From the NCBI GenBank assembly GCA_016217925.1, contig JACRFK010000003.1:8364-72363 (forward strand): a DNA stretch of 64,000 bases, read 5' to 3'. Shown in pieces: positions 18,723 to 28,321 of this stretch; positions within the stretch are counted from its first letter, which is position 1, and each line of letters opens with the position of its first letter. Source of the DNA: Candidatus Kaiserbacteria bacterium (lineage in GTDB: Bacteria > Patescibacteriota > Minisyncoccia > Phycocordibacterales > UBA2100). Both the position numbers and the translations under genes were made by a program. A model generated the notes under the pieces. That model saw nothing but the letters and a program-made list of their open reading frames with translations. It made no database searches and was not told the DNA's origin.

Positions 18723-18747
18723 CCAAGAGGCGTCACCTCTTGGATTT
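18723..18747. repeat. REP-like palindrome at the 3' end of the transposase
   Basis: CCAAGAGG-CGTCA-CCTCTTGG-ATTT; exact inverted copy of 19445-19469. Confidence 0.85.
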
Positions 18748-19428
18748 GAACTCACGATTGAGTTCGGCGTAGTAGTCACGCATTTCAGCAAGCACTACGG
18801 AAAATCGAGGAAGACGGTCGATCAAGACGCTTCGTGCCGATTCATCCAGGATGCTTCGCTCTATACGCGCGACATCACTTGCGTAGTCCGGGAAACTGGA
18901 AAAAGGGTACCGCTCGAGTTTTCGCTGAAGCGCAACAAGATTGGACACCTTGCCGCGCTTCCATGAATGCTCGAATATTTCTGCGGCATTAAGATGAATA
19001 TATTGAGCAACCCGGTATAAGTATGTGTCGGTTGATACGTGCTTTGAACGAAACGGCCTCACGAAGACATTGCCGACTCGGTCATGTTTTTCGTTAAAAT
19101 ACATACTGTATCCAGTGCCGACTTTCTGCATGAATCTCGATATGCCATCATCCTCAATCTCCTGGATCAAAAGATGGTAGTGATTCCTCATCAAACTGTA
19201 TGCGCCAATCGCGACGATGGGATGCGTCCGGGGGATGCGAAGGATATCTTCGTGCTTTCGATGATAAAAGTTCTCACGGCGAATAGGTTCGCTATCATTG
19301 GCCAGATAAAGTAGCTCGGTGAATCGCTGCGCATCGAGTTCATCCATAAAGACTATACGCTTGTCTATCCCACGAGAGTAGCAGTGATACCACTCACCGG
19401 GCGCGAACGGCACTCGCCTATATCCCAT
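18733..19428 (-). mobile_element. Y1 HUH transposase, REP-associated (RAYT/TnpA-REP-like)
   Basis: YHCYSRG.DK..VF, AYSLMRNHYHLL (HUH), YFN.K..R.G.VF..PF, YIHLN, YPFSS. Confidence 0.9.
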
Positions 19429-19444
19429 CGGTCTAGGGTATCAT

Positions 19445-19469
19445 AAATCCAAGAGGTGACGCCTCTTGG
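19445..19469. repeat. REP-like palindrome upstream of the transposase
   Basis: AAAT-CCAAGAGG-TGACG-CCTCTTGG. Confidence 0.85.
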
Positions 19470-19486
19470 ATTGTGACAAATCCACC

Positions 19487-19957
19487 TTACTGCTTCGGTT
19501 GCTGGAGTTTTGAGATGTCGTTCATCAGCTTGCGGAGGTCGCTCTGAATGTCCACGAGCGTTTTCTTTTGTTCCGCCTTGCGCACCTCGTCCTCCGATTC
19601 GTCTTCGGTAATCTCTTCCACGTCTTCCGAAATGTCCTCCACGTCCTCTTGGAGTTCATCCACATCCTCAGCGATCTCACCGATGTCTTCCTGCATCTCT
19701 TCGATGTCCTCGCTCACCTCGGCCAATTCCTGCGTGGTGAAGTTGATTGTCATTTGTATAAAAATCGCGAGGTATATCGCTTCGAGTGAAACTATCGTCG
19801 TAAGGATGAGAAGCATGCGGTCGAAGTGCAGCCATCCCGTGAAGACCGCAAAGAAACTTCCCGCGAAAAGGACAGTGTGGACGATGATGGATGCGGGCGA
19901 GCCGACCCACCTCGTGACGGTGAGCGCGGTCTTTTGTATCTGGTCGTGCGGTTTCAT
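19487..19957 (-). CDS. DUF1003-like membrane protein with acidic coiled-coil tail
   Basis: WVGS..S...H, LL.LTTIVSLEAIYLAIFIQM, then (E/D)-rich heptads. Confidence 0.75.
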   Translation of the reverse strand: MKPHDQIQKTALTVTRWVGSPASIIVHTVLFAGSFFAVFTGWLHFDRMLLILTTIVSLEAIYLAIFIQMTINFTTQELAEVSEDIEEMQEDIGEIAEDVDELQEDVEDISEDVEEITEDESEDEVRKAEQKKTLVDIQSDLRKLMNDISKLQQPKQ

Positions 19958-19995
19958 GGCGGGAGTATAGCATTGCAAGTTGGTATACTGTCGAG

Positions 19996-20640
19996 ATGTC
20001 AACACGCCTGGTGGGGAATACGCATTTGGTAGCCGGAAATGCGGAAATAATACCGCAGGTGTTGGCGGTCCTTGAACGGGAAGGAGTGAGGACACAGGGG
20101 AACCCTGACATCTATATCCGTGAGTATTCCAGATTCGGCATCGACGAGGCGCGCGAGCTTCGTGAGCGCGCCAATTCGAGGGCCATTGCGGGCGGCAGCC
20201 GCACATTCATCATTGCGACGCCGGGTATGACGAACGAAGCACAGAACGCGCTTTTGAAAACGCTTGAAGAGCCACCCGCGGATGCATCGTTCTTCTTTAT
20301 TGTCCCGTCGCCCGAAATGCTGCTGCAAACACTTCGCAGTCGTGCACAGATGCTTGAACTCCAACACGCAGAGAGCGTACATACGCTGAGTGCAAAAGAT
20401 TTTCTTGCCGCTGCACCGCAGAAGCGTCTCGATATGTTGAAGCCGCTTTTGGAAAAAGACGAAGACGACAAACGCGACATCAGCAGCATCATCGGCTTCT
20501 TATCGTCTCTGGAGAGGCTACTCAAAAAGAAGCCCGAAGGGCTTCATGCAATATACCGAGCGCGTAAATATATTGGTGACAAAGGCGCCCTCATCAAGCC
20601 ACTTCTCGAACAAGTGGCATTACTTGTTCCGAAGGTTTGA
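19996..20640 (+). CDS. holB: DNA polymerase III delta' subunit-like (short)
   Basis: GIDEAREL, MTNEAQNALLKTLEEP, LL.TLRSR. Confidence 0.85.
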   Translation: MSTRLVGNTHLVAGNAEIIPQVLAVLEREGVRTQGNPDIYIREYSRFGIDEARELRERANSRAIAGGSRTFIIATPGMTNEAQNALLKTLEEPPADASFFFIVPSPEMLLQTLRSRAQMLELQHAESVHTLSAKDFLAAAPQKRLDMLKPLLEKDEDDKRDISSIIGFLSSLERLLKKKPEGLHAIYRARKYIGDKGALIKPLLEQVALLVPKV

Positions 20641-20652
20641 TATACTACACTG

Positions 20653-21207
20653 ATGGCAAACTACGATTTCAAAACGTTTGAAGGGAAAGCCGCAGCCGCA
20701 CGTGAGTGGCTGGGGAGAGAATATGGCGGCTTGCGCACCGGCCGCGCGGCACCCGCGATCCTGGACGGCATCATGGTCTCGGCATACGGTTCGATGACAC
20801 CGCTCAAACAAGTAGGTAATGTCGGTGTAGAGGACGCTCGCACACTGCGAGTCTCTGCGTACGATGCGGGACTCATCAAAGACATTGAGCGCGCCATTAC
20901 CGCCGCCAATCTCGGCGTCGGCACGACTTCCGACGGCGCGAACATCCGCGTCACATTTCCGGAACTCACATCAGAGCGCAGAGAGCAGCTCGTGAAGCTC
21001 GCCAAAGCGAAGCTTGAAGAAGCGCGTACGACCGTGCGCGTCGCACGCGATGAGGTGTGGAAGGAGATACAAGAGCGGGAAAAAGAAGGGACACTCACCG
21101 AAGACGACAAATTCGCCCTCAAAGAAGAATTGCAGAAGAAGGTGGACGCGGCGAACAAAGACTTGGAAGCCGCATTTGAGAAAAAAGAGGTGGAGATGGG
21201 TGCATGA
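20653..21207 (+). CDS. frr: Ribosome recycling factor
   Basis: LRTGRA.P..LD, YG...PL.QV, P.LT.ERR..LVK. Confidence 0.97.
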   Translation: MANYDFKTFEGKAAAAREWLGREYGGLRTGRAAPAILDGIMVSAYGSMTPLKQVGNVGVEDARTLRVSAYDAGLIKDIERAITAANLGVGTTSDGANIRVTFPELTSERREQLVKLAKAKLEEARTTVRVARDEVWKEIQEREKEGTLTEDDKFALKEELQKKVDAANKDLEAAFEKKEVEMGA

Positions 21208-21310
21208 GACACGCGGCATTCTCGAAAAACGGGTCGCGCCTGCTGGCACGCCCATGCGGCTCGGCCTCATCGGCCTGCGCAGCTTTTCTCAAACACCGCG
21301 TGCCTCATGC
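21202..21310. repeat. Long imperfect hairpin overlapping the frr stop
   Basis: GCATGAGACACGCGG ... CCGCGTGCCTCATGC. Confidence 0.6.
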
Positions 21311-21330
21311 TGGGGTAGAATGGTGAAAAT

Positions 21331-22422
21331 ATGATTACCGCCCTTCTCGTCATCGGCATCCTCGTTCTTCTCATCGTAGCCCACGAGCTCGGGCACTTTT
21401 TTGCCGCAAAGATTTTTGGCGTGCGCGTAGAGGAATTCGGCGTCGGCTATCCGCCGCGCGCTTTTCGGTTCGGGAAAATAGGGGATACGGAATACACCTT
21501 GAATTGGATACCCTTTGGCGGTTTCGTTCGTCTCTTTGGCGACGAAGGGGAAGCGCAACATGGCCGCGGAAGCTTCGTGGACGCGCCAAGGTGGAAACAA
21601 GCATGTGTTCTTGTCGCGGGGGTTACTGCAAACGTGCTTGTCGCCTGGGTACTCTTCGCTTTCGCGTTGCATCTCGGAGTACCAAAACCGGTAGAGACAG
21701 CACGCCCGGGTCAGTCCGTACAGCTTATCGCAGCGGATGTGGTGCCTGGTTCACCGGCCGACGCGGCCGGGATAAAACCCGGGGATGAAATAACCGGAAT
21801 GAGCGATGCTACAGGCGCTATGGTCAGGGACCTCACAGCACAAAATGTCGTCAGTTTCGTGCGGGCACGGCCCGGCAAACCAGTCGATATTTCATACGTG
21901 CATGCCGGTAAGAAGTCCACCGCGACAATAACACCGGCCAACGCCGTACTCCCGAAGGCCGCGAGCCAGCCCGCGCTCGGCATAGCGCTTGTACTCATCG
22001 CGATAGAGCCGGAACCATGGGATAGGGCTGTGGTGGATGCGTCCCGTCAAACGCTCGGCGCGTTCAAGATGGTAGGGCGCGACCTGTGGACTCTCGCGGA
22101 GGGCGCGATTCGCGGGAACCCCGACATTTCAGGGGTAGTCGGACCCGTTGGTATTGTGGGGTATGTAGGTGAGGCATCGCAGAATGGTCTGGGCGCGGTA
22201 CTCATGTTCGCCGCGCTCATCTCCATCAATCTCGCCATCATCAATCTCATACCGATACCAGCCCTCGACGGCGGCAGGCTCTTGGTACTCGGCATCGAGA
22301 CACTCATGCGCCGCGACGCTCCAAGGCTCGCGGTACAGGTATTGAATGCGCTCGGCGTTGCTCTCATCGTGCTACTTATGGTGGTCGTCACGTACAACGA
22401 CGTCGCACGTTTGTTGGCTTAA
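21331..22422 (+). CDS. rseP: Site-2 (M50) zinc metalloprotease with PDZ domain
   Basis: HELGH, IPFGGFV, PGSPA..AGI.PGD, NL.PIPALDGG. Confidence 0.95.
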   Translation: MITALLVIGILVLLIVAHELGHFFAAKIFGVRVEEFGVGYPPRAFRFGKIGDTEYTLNWIPFGGFVRLFGDEGEAQHGRGSFVDAPRWKQACVLVAGVTANVLVAWVLFAFALHLGVPKPVETARPGQSVQLIAADVVPGSPADAAGIKPGDEITGMSDATGAMVRDLTAQNVVSFVRARPGKPVDISYVHAGKKSTATITPANAVLPKAASQPALGIALVLIAIEPEPWDRAVVDASRQTLGAFKMVGRDLWTLAEGAIRGNPDISGVVGPVGIVGYVGEASQNGLGAVLMFAALISINLAIINLIPIPALDGGRLLVLGIETLMRRDAPRLAVQVLNALGVALIVLLMVVVTYNDVARLLA

Positions 22423-22492
22423 AACCCGCCCGGGACGGGATACCGCCGCGATTCTTTGCAAAGGGCTGTTTCATCGGTACAATGCGCGGACT

Positions 22493-23746
22493 ATGCGGCA
22501 GTCACAGCTCTTCACGAAGACCCGCAAACTCGCGCCGAAAGATGAGGTCGCGAAGAATGCTCAGCTCCTCATCCGAGCCGGCTTCATTCACAAAGAGATG
22601 GCGGGCGCATATTCATATTTGCCGCTCGGTCTTCGCGTCCTCACGAACATCGAAAATATAATCCGCGAAGAAATGAATGCGATAGGCGGGCAGGAGATAA
22701 CGATGACCGCGCTCCAATCGCCCGCACTCTGGAAAAAATCCGACCGGTGGCGCGATGATGCCATTGATGTGTGGTTCAAGACGGAATTAAAAAGCGGGGG
22801 AGAGCTCGGGCTCGCGACGACGCATGAAGAGCCCTTGACCGCGCTCATGGCGGAATATATTTCTTCATACAAAGATCTGCCGAAGTACGTCTACCAATTC
22901 CAGACCAAATTCCGCAACGAGCTCCGCGCAAAAAGCGGCATCATGCGTACGCGCGAATTCGTGATGAAGGACCTCTACTCGTTCAGCAGAAGCGAGGAAG
23001 AATTCCGCACGTTCTACGAGCAGTGCGCGGCGGCGTACGTGAAGATATTTAAACGTGTCGGCATAGGGCAGATGACGTTCCGCACCTTCGCCTCCGGCGG
23101 CTCATTCTCGAAGTACAGTGATGAATTCCAGACTCTCTGTGATGCGGGGGAGGACACTGTCCACTTGCACCGTGGAAAGGGTATCGCGGTCAACAAAGAG
23201 GTATACACGGATGAAGTGCTTGCGGACCTCGGTATCAAGAAAGAAGAGCTCGAAGAGGTGAAGGCCATCGAGGTCGGAAACATCTTTCCTCTCGGGACGC
23301 GTTTTTCTGATGCGCTCGGCCTCACGTTCAAAGACGACAAAGGGACCGAGCAGCCCGTCGTCATGGGCTCATATGGTATCGGCCCGGGGCGCTTGATGGG
23401 AACCATCGTCGAGGTACTCTCTGATGAAAAAGGAATTGTGTGGCCAAAGGAAATCTCTCCATTCCCGGTACACCTCATCTCGGTTTCGAGCGGTAATGCG
23501 GACGTCGTTGGGGAGGCCGACCGCATCTACGAGCTTCTCAAGGAGAACGGTATCGAGGCGCTCTATGACGACCGTGATATCCGCGCAGGTGAGAAATTTG
23601 CGGACGCAGACCTGATCGGCATACCGACGCGCCTCGTCGTTTCCGAAAAGACGATGACGGAAGGTGGAGTTGAAGTAAGTGGTCGGCAGAACGGCGCAAC
23701 CGCGATCGTGTCAGAGAACGAGGTGATCGAGCGCATCCGCAATTAA
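22493..23746 (+). CDS. proS: Proline-tRNA ligase (short form without editing domain)
   Basis: MRQSQLF..T, LLIRAGFI, THEE, QTKFRNE.R, MKDLYSF, MGSYGIG. Confidence 0.95.
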   Translation: MRQSQLFTKTRKLAPKDEVAKNAQLLIRAGFIHKEMAGAYSYLPLGLRVLTNIENIIREEMNAIGGQEITMTALQSPALWKKSDRWRDDAIDVWFKTELKSGGELGLATTHEEPLTALMAEYISSYKDLPKYVYQFQTKFRNELRAKSGIMRTREFVMKDLYSFSRSEEEFRTFYEQCAAAYVKIFKRVGIGQMTFRTFASGGSFSKYSDEFQTLCDAGEDTVHLHRGKGIAVNKEVYTDEVLADLGIKKEELEEVKAIEVGNIFPLGTRFSDALGLTFKDDKGTEQPVVMGSYGIGPGRLMGTIVEVLSDEKGIVWPKEISPFPVHLISVSSGNADVVGEADRIYELLKENGIEALYDDRDIRAGEKFADADLIGIPTRLVVSEKTMTEGGVEVSGRQNGATAIVSENEVIERIRN

Positions 23747-23753
23747 CCGGCAT

Positions 23754-24833
23754 ATGGGATTCATGGAAGCAATGCGCCGCTACAAAGACCGCATACTCGG
23801 TTTGTTCTCGAATGATATCGGCATCGACCTCGGCACTGCCAATACGCTTGTCTATGTAAAAGGCCGTGGCATCGTCATCAACGAACCGTCTATCGTCGCA
23901 ATGAACACAAAGACGGGGCAGGTAGTTGCCGTCGGCGCGCAGGCCAAGGAAATGCTCGGCCGCACTCCTCCGCACATCCAGGCTGTACAGCCGGTCGTAG
24001 ACGGCGTCATTTCCGACTTCGAGGTAACCTCTGAAATGCTTGCGTATCTCATAGGAAAAGCACAGGCCGGACACACAAAGCTTTTGGGGCCGCGCGTCGT
24101 CATCGGCGTTCCTTCGGGGATAACTTCAGTAGAGGTACGTGCCGTGCGCGACGCAGCGCGCGCCGCGGGTGCCCGCGAGGTACATATAATCGAAGAGCCG
24201 ATGGCAGCAGCGATAGGCATCGAATTGCCGGTCCACGAGCCGCGCGGCAACATGATAGTTGATATCGGCGGGGGTACCACGGACATTGGAGTCATTGCGC
24301 TCGGCGGGCTCGTGAATGCAAGTAATGTACGCATCGCGGGGGACAAATTCAATGCGGATATCGTGGGGCATGTGCGCAACGAATTCAAGATGCTCATCGG
24401 GGACAAAAGCGCCGAGGAGACCAAGATTGCCATCGCATCGATCGCGCCCGGCAGAATGCCGCTTGAAGCGCTCGTGCGCGGGCGCGACCTCGTGACGGGC
24501 TTGCCGCGCGAGATGCATGTCACGGATCAGGATATTCGCAATGCGATCGGGCACTCTCTAGAAGAGCTTATTGAATCGATAAAAGGGGTGTTGGAGACAA
24601 CGCAGCCTGAGATAATTTCCGATGTCATGCAACGGGGGATATACCTTGCCGGAGGCGGCGCTTTGATACGCGGTCTGCCGGAATTCCTCACCAACGCGCT
24701 TGGCGTCGCTGTCATCGTAGCGCCTGACCCCTTGACCGCAGTCGTTCGAGGGACCTCCGTTGTCTTGAATGATCTGGACGCCTATCGTGAGGCGCTTCTC
24801 AAGAGTGATGATGAACTCGTACCGACAGAATAA
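23754..24833 (+). CDS. mreB: MreB rod shape-determining protein (paralog 2)
   Basis: IGIDLGTANT, DGVISDF, VDIGGGTTD, GGGALIRGL. Confidence 0.95.
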   Translation: MGFMEAMRRYKDRILGLFSNDIGIDLGTANTLVYVKGRGIVINEPSIVAMNTKTGQVVAVGAQAKEMLGRTPPHIQAVQPVVDGVISDFEVTSEMLAYLIGKAQAGHTKLLGPRVVIGVPSGITSVEVRAVRDAARAAGAREVHIIEEPMAAAIGIELPVHEPRGNMIVDIGGGTTDIGVIALGGLVNASNVRIAGDKFNADIVGHVRNEFKMLIGDKSAEETKIAIASIAPGRMPLEALVRGRDLVTGLPREMHVTDQDIRNAIGHSLEELIESIKGVLETTQPEIISDVMQRGIYLAGGGALIRGLPEFLTNALGVAVIVAPDPLTAVVRGTSVVLNDLDAYREALLKSDDELVPTE

Positions 24834-25602
24834 GGGCCGCAATGGGCGGGTTCTCGCCGCGACAGCACTCGTCCTTTTGTTATTCATTCTGGATGTCTTC
24901 ACCGGAGGATCGATCCGTCACAAACTGCGCGGCGGAGCCGTTGTAGTATCGCAGTGGTCGGGACGTGCCCTCACGAGCATTCGCAGCAGCGGTATACTCT
25001 CTACTCGAGCTTCGCTCGAAGCGCAAAATCGCTCTCTTGCCGAAGAGCTTGCACAATTCGAAGAACGCGCCGGCGGTTACGAGGCCCTGCGTGCAGAGAA
25101 CGAGCAGCTCCGTGCACTCGTGCGTCTTGTGGGCGTCTCTTTGCTCTCTGCACAAGGTGTGACGGCACCGGTTGTATCGTCGGTGCGGACGTCGCCATAT
25201 GGCACCTTCTTGATTGGGGCAGGTGCCGAGGATGGTATCGCACGCGGCAGTCTGGTACTTACGGGTGGCGGATTCGTCGTTGGGAAAGTCACCGATACGG
25301 GAGATCATACTGCTGTCGTTGCGGAAATATTTGCGCCGGGCGCATCGATAGACGCGGTAATAGGCAGCGCCGCCATCTCCGCTCAGGGCTCAGGCGGTGG
25401 CAATGCGCGCGCCAAGGTACCGCGAGCGCTCACGATACACATAAACCAGCCGGTCACCGCACCGGAATTAGGAGCTCGACCAATTGGGATTGTCGGGAGT
25501 ATCGCCTCAAGCTCCGCGAGCGCGTTCCAGGATGTTTTCATCATGCTTCCGGTAAATCTTCACTCACTTACGTATGTCTATATTTTACCCATCAGCGACT
25601 AG
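24808..25602 (+). CDS. mreC: Rod shape-determining protein MreC
   Basis: N-terminal TM, coiled coil L.AEN..LR, G..DG...G..V beta domain; follows mreB. Confidence 0.85.
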   Translation: MMNSYRQNKGRNGRVLAATALVLLLFILDVFTGGSIRHKLRGGAVVVSQWSGRALTSIRSSGILSTRASLEAQNRSLAEELAQFEERAGGYEALRAENEQLRALVRLVGVSLLSAQGVTAPVVSSVRTSPYGTFLIGAGAEDGIARGSLVLTGGGFVVGKVTDTGDHTAVVAEIFAPGASIDAVIGSAAISAQGSGGGNARAKVPRALTIHINQPVTAPELGARPIGIVGSIASSSASAFQDVFIMLPVNLHSLTYVYILPISD

Positions 25603-25846
25603 CATACGTGTCATCTTGGCCCTTATAGGATTTTTGGGTATTTTTTTCGCGCCCTGGTGGGTGCCTCTCATATGCATCATCGCTCTCTCACTACGCTATC
25701 CAGCATGGGAAGTCCCAATTATCGGGCTCCTCATGGATCTCTTGTGGCTTCCGGGCGAAGGATTCCAGATACCCCTGTTCCTTATCGGTAGCATCGCGCT
25801 CGTGTGGGTATGTGCGCCACTTCGCAGTCAATTTCTCCGCCCGTGA
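25574..25846 (+). CDS. Small membrane protein, MreD-like by position
   Basis: Hydrophobic, GLLMDLL motif, located between mreC and pbp. Confidence 0.6.
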   Translation: MSIFYPSATSIRVILALIGFLGIFFAPWWVPLICIIALSLRYPAWEVPIIGLLMDLLWLPGEGFQIPLFLIGSIALVWVCAPLRSQFLRP

Positions 25847-25868
25847 GAGTCTGGGGTATAGTAGGTAA

Positions 25869-27590
25869 ATGACATTCTTCCGGCGCAAAAGAACGTATAA
25901 CGAAATCGCCCCCGACGAGATATTTCTCGATTCCTCGAATTTGCCGGGACACAACGCGGTGCAATTTGAAGGCCGCGTTGTTGCCGCACTCTCCAATCGT
26001 CCGATTCTTGCCGTCGGACTTGTCTTCATTCTTATCGGCCTCGTTTTCACCGTTCGCGCTTTCAGTCTCGGGGTAGTCGACGGAACTTCGTACGCCGATA
26101 TTTCTCGGAACAACACACTCGATCGCACCATCGTCTTTGCGACGCGTGGGCTCATCCTGGATAGGAAAGGGGAAGAGCTCGCGTGGAACGAAGTCCCGAG
26201 CGGGGACGATGCGAGCCCCGCCATGGGCGGGGCGAGTACCACCCCTTATGCGTACCGAAAATACACGGCCCGCCCCGGCCTCTCGCACACTCTTGGATTT
26301 CTCCAATATCCAAAAGCGGACTCCAAGGGCAACTGGTGGCGCGAAGACTTTGTCGGTATGTCCGGCGCGGAACGCGCATTCAATGAGACGCTGAGGGGCA
26401 CCAATGGGAGTTCGATGGTAGAGACCGACGCGCGAATGCGTGTGCAGCGGGAAAACATCGTTGATCCTCCACGGCACGGCACTGATCTCCGTCTATCAAT
26501 AGATGCAGATGTAGAAAGCGAGCTGTATAAAATACTTTCGGCGAGAGCGAAAGCACAGCAGTACCAAGGAGGTGCAGCCGTCATCATGGATGTGCGCACG
26601 GGCGAATTGCTCGCGATAACAAGCTTTCCGGAATACGACAATCGCGCGTTCAATGAGGGGAGAGGGCCTGCAGTGCGTGCAACGCTCGCCGATCCGCTCA
26701 CGCCGATGCTAGACCGCGCGATAGGCGGGCAGTACGCGCCCGGCTCCATCATGAAGCTGATATTCGCGGCCGCGGCTCTCAACGAAGGGCTTATCTCTCC
26801 GAAAAAGAAGATACTTTCGAAAGGTGCCCTCGTGCTTCCGAATCCGTACGACCCCGAGCACCCGTCTATCTTCAAGGATTGGACAGAGCACGGCTGGATC
26901 GACATGCGTGAGGCAATTGCCGTATCATCGGATGAATATTTCTACACTATCGGCGGAGGATACGGCGACCAAAAAGGTCTCGGTATAACGAAGCTCGACG
27001 AGTACGCCCGCATATTCGGCATCGGCTCGACGACCGGATTTTCGCTGCCCGGAGAGGCCGCGGGGGTCATTCCCACCCCCGCCTGGAAGGCGAAGGCATT
27101 TCCGAACGACCCAACGTGGCGCACCGGAAACACGTACCACACGTCCATCGGCCAATATGGATTTCAGATCACACCCATCCAGGCGGTACGCTTTGTCGCG
27201 GCCATCGCAAATGGCGGCCACCTTCTCACCCCGCAGCTCATCGCGAGTTCAACACCGGAATCGACTCCTATTGGTATTCCCGACGAATATTTACAGATCG
27301 TACGTGAAGGGATGCGTCTCGCCGTTACATCGACGCGACGCGACGCGACGCTGAACATGTATCAGATCCCCGGCATAGAGATCGCCGGAAAGTCCGGTAC
27401 GGCACAGATCGGCGCGCGTAATGAATGGATAAATTCATGGAATGTCGGATTCTGGCCGGTCAACGACCCGCATTACGCATTTGCGGTCGTGTTCGAGCGC
27501 GCGCCCGCGGCCACGTCTGCCGGAGCCGGACACGGAGTCGTCCCATTCTTACAATGGCTGGTGGCCACGCATCCTGAATACCTTCAGTAA
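25869..27590 (+). CDS. mrdA: Class B penicillin-binding protein (PBP2-like)
   Basis: RG.I.DR.G, PGSIMK (SxxK), SSD (SxN variant), KSGTAQ. Confidence 0.9.
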   Translation: MTFFRRKRTYNEIAPDEIFLDSSNLPGHNAVQFEGRVVAALSNRPILAVGLVFILIGLVFTVRAFSLGVVDGTSYADISRNNTLDRTIVFATRGLILDRKGEELAWNEVPSGDDASPAMGGASTTPYAYRKYTARPGLSHTLGFLQYPKADSKGNWWREDFVGMSGAERAFNETLRGTNGSSMVETDARMRVQRENIVDPPRHGTDLRLSIDADVESELYKILSARAKAQQYQGGAAVIMDVRTGELLAITSFPEYDNRAFNEGRGPAVRATLADPLTPMLDRAIGGQYAPGSIMKLIFAAAALNEGLISPKKKILSKGALVLPNPYDPEHPSIFKDWTEHGWIDMREAIAVSSDEYFYTIGGGYGDQKGLGITKLDEYARIFGIGSTTGFSLPGEAAGVIPTPAWKAKAFPNDPTWRTGNTYHTSIGQYGFQITPIQAVRFVAAIANGGHLLTPQLIASSTPESTPIGIPDEYLQIVREGMRLAVTSTRRDATLNMYQIPGIEIAGKSGTAQIGARNEWINSWNVGFWPVNDPHYAFAVVFERAPAATSAGAGHGVVPFLQWLVATHPEYLQ

Positions 27591-27670
27591 GTATGGCGTA
27601 TAGGGTATGGAGTATGGAGGAAAAAAAGAATTCAGCATTCCCGCCATACACGGTACTCTATACTCTATAC
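27591..27670. repeat. Inverted arrays of 7-bp tandem repeats
   Basis: GTATGGC GTATAGG GTATGGA GTATGGA (27591-27618), and on the minus strand GTATAGA GTATAGA GTACCGT GTATGGC (27670-27643). Confidence 0.7.
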
Positions 27671-27724
27671 ATTCTCGGCTTGCTACTGCAAGCCGAAACT
27701 GTATAATACGGCGCGCACAAATAT

Positions 27725-28192
27725 ATGAACGATGACACTAATTACCTGAGCAAGGAGAAATTTGACGAGCTCACCACAGAGCTCGAACACATGAAGACGG
27801 TCCGCCGTCGCGAGATAGCCGAACAGCTCGAATACGCACGCTCTCTGGGGGACCTCTCTGAAAATGCAGAATACGAAGAGGCGCGCAATTTGCAGGCAGC
27901 GACCGAAGATCGAATCCGCGTTATTGAAGAACAATTAAGCCACGCCCGCATCATCGAACACCCAAAGGGGAACGCGGTCTCGCTCGGGAGCGTCGTCACG
28001 ATACAAAAGCAGGGGGAGAAGGAAGAGCACACATACGAAATAGTCGGTTCCGCGGAGGCGAATATGCAGGAACACAAAATATCGCACCTCTCGCCGCTCG
28101 GCTCGGCGCTGATGGACAAGAAACGCGGCGAACTTTTCTCTTTCGATACTCCCAAAGGTGCTCAGAAGTACAAGATAACGAATATCAAGTAA
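27725..28192 (+). CDS. greA: Transcription elongation factor GreA
   Basis: GDLSENAEY, IS..SPLG.AL. Confidence 0.97.
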   Translation: MNDDTNYLSKEKFDELTTELEHMKTVRRREIAEQLEYARSLGDLSENAEYEEARNLQAATEDRIRVIEEQLSHARIIEHPKGNAVSLGSVVTIQKQGEKEEHTYEIVGSAEANMQEHKISHLSPLGSALMDKKRGELFSFDTPKGAQKYKITNIK

Positions 28193-28225
28193 CCTCCCGC
28201 TCGTCGGGTCAGTTTATCCCCTTGA

Positions 28226-28285
28226 CCCCGTTAGAAGTGCGTCGTTATGAAGAAAGTCCAATCCACATCAAAACTTCTAACGGGG
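28226..28285. mobile_element. MITE-like element with TTGA target duplication
   Basis: CCCCGTTAGAAGT / ACTTCTAACGGGG; TTGA at 28222-28225 and 28286-28289. Confidence 0.78.
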
Positions 28286-28321
28286 TTGACGCTACCTATT
28301 GGCGGGGTACCCTGATGGCAC

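Noticed and set aside
17229-24833. Two mreB paralogues, and two flavodoxin-2 paralogues at 34190 and 59391, as novelty
   Set aside because: Multiple MreB-like and flavodoxin-fold genes are common, and nothing unusual was seen in their motifs.
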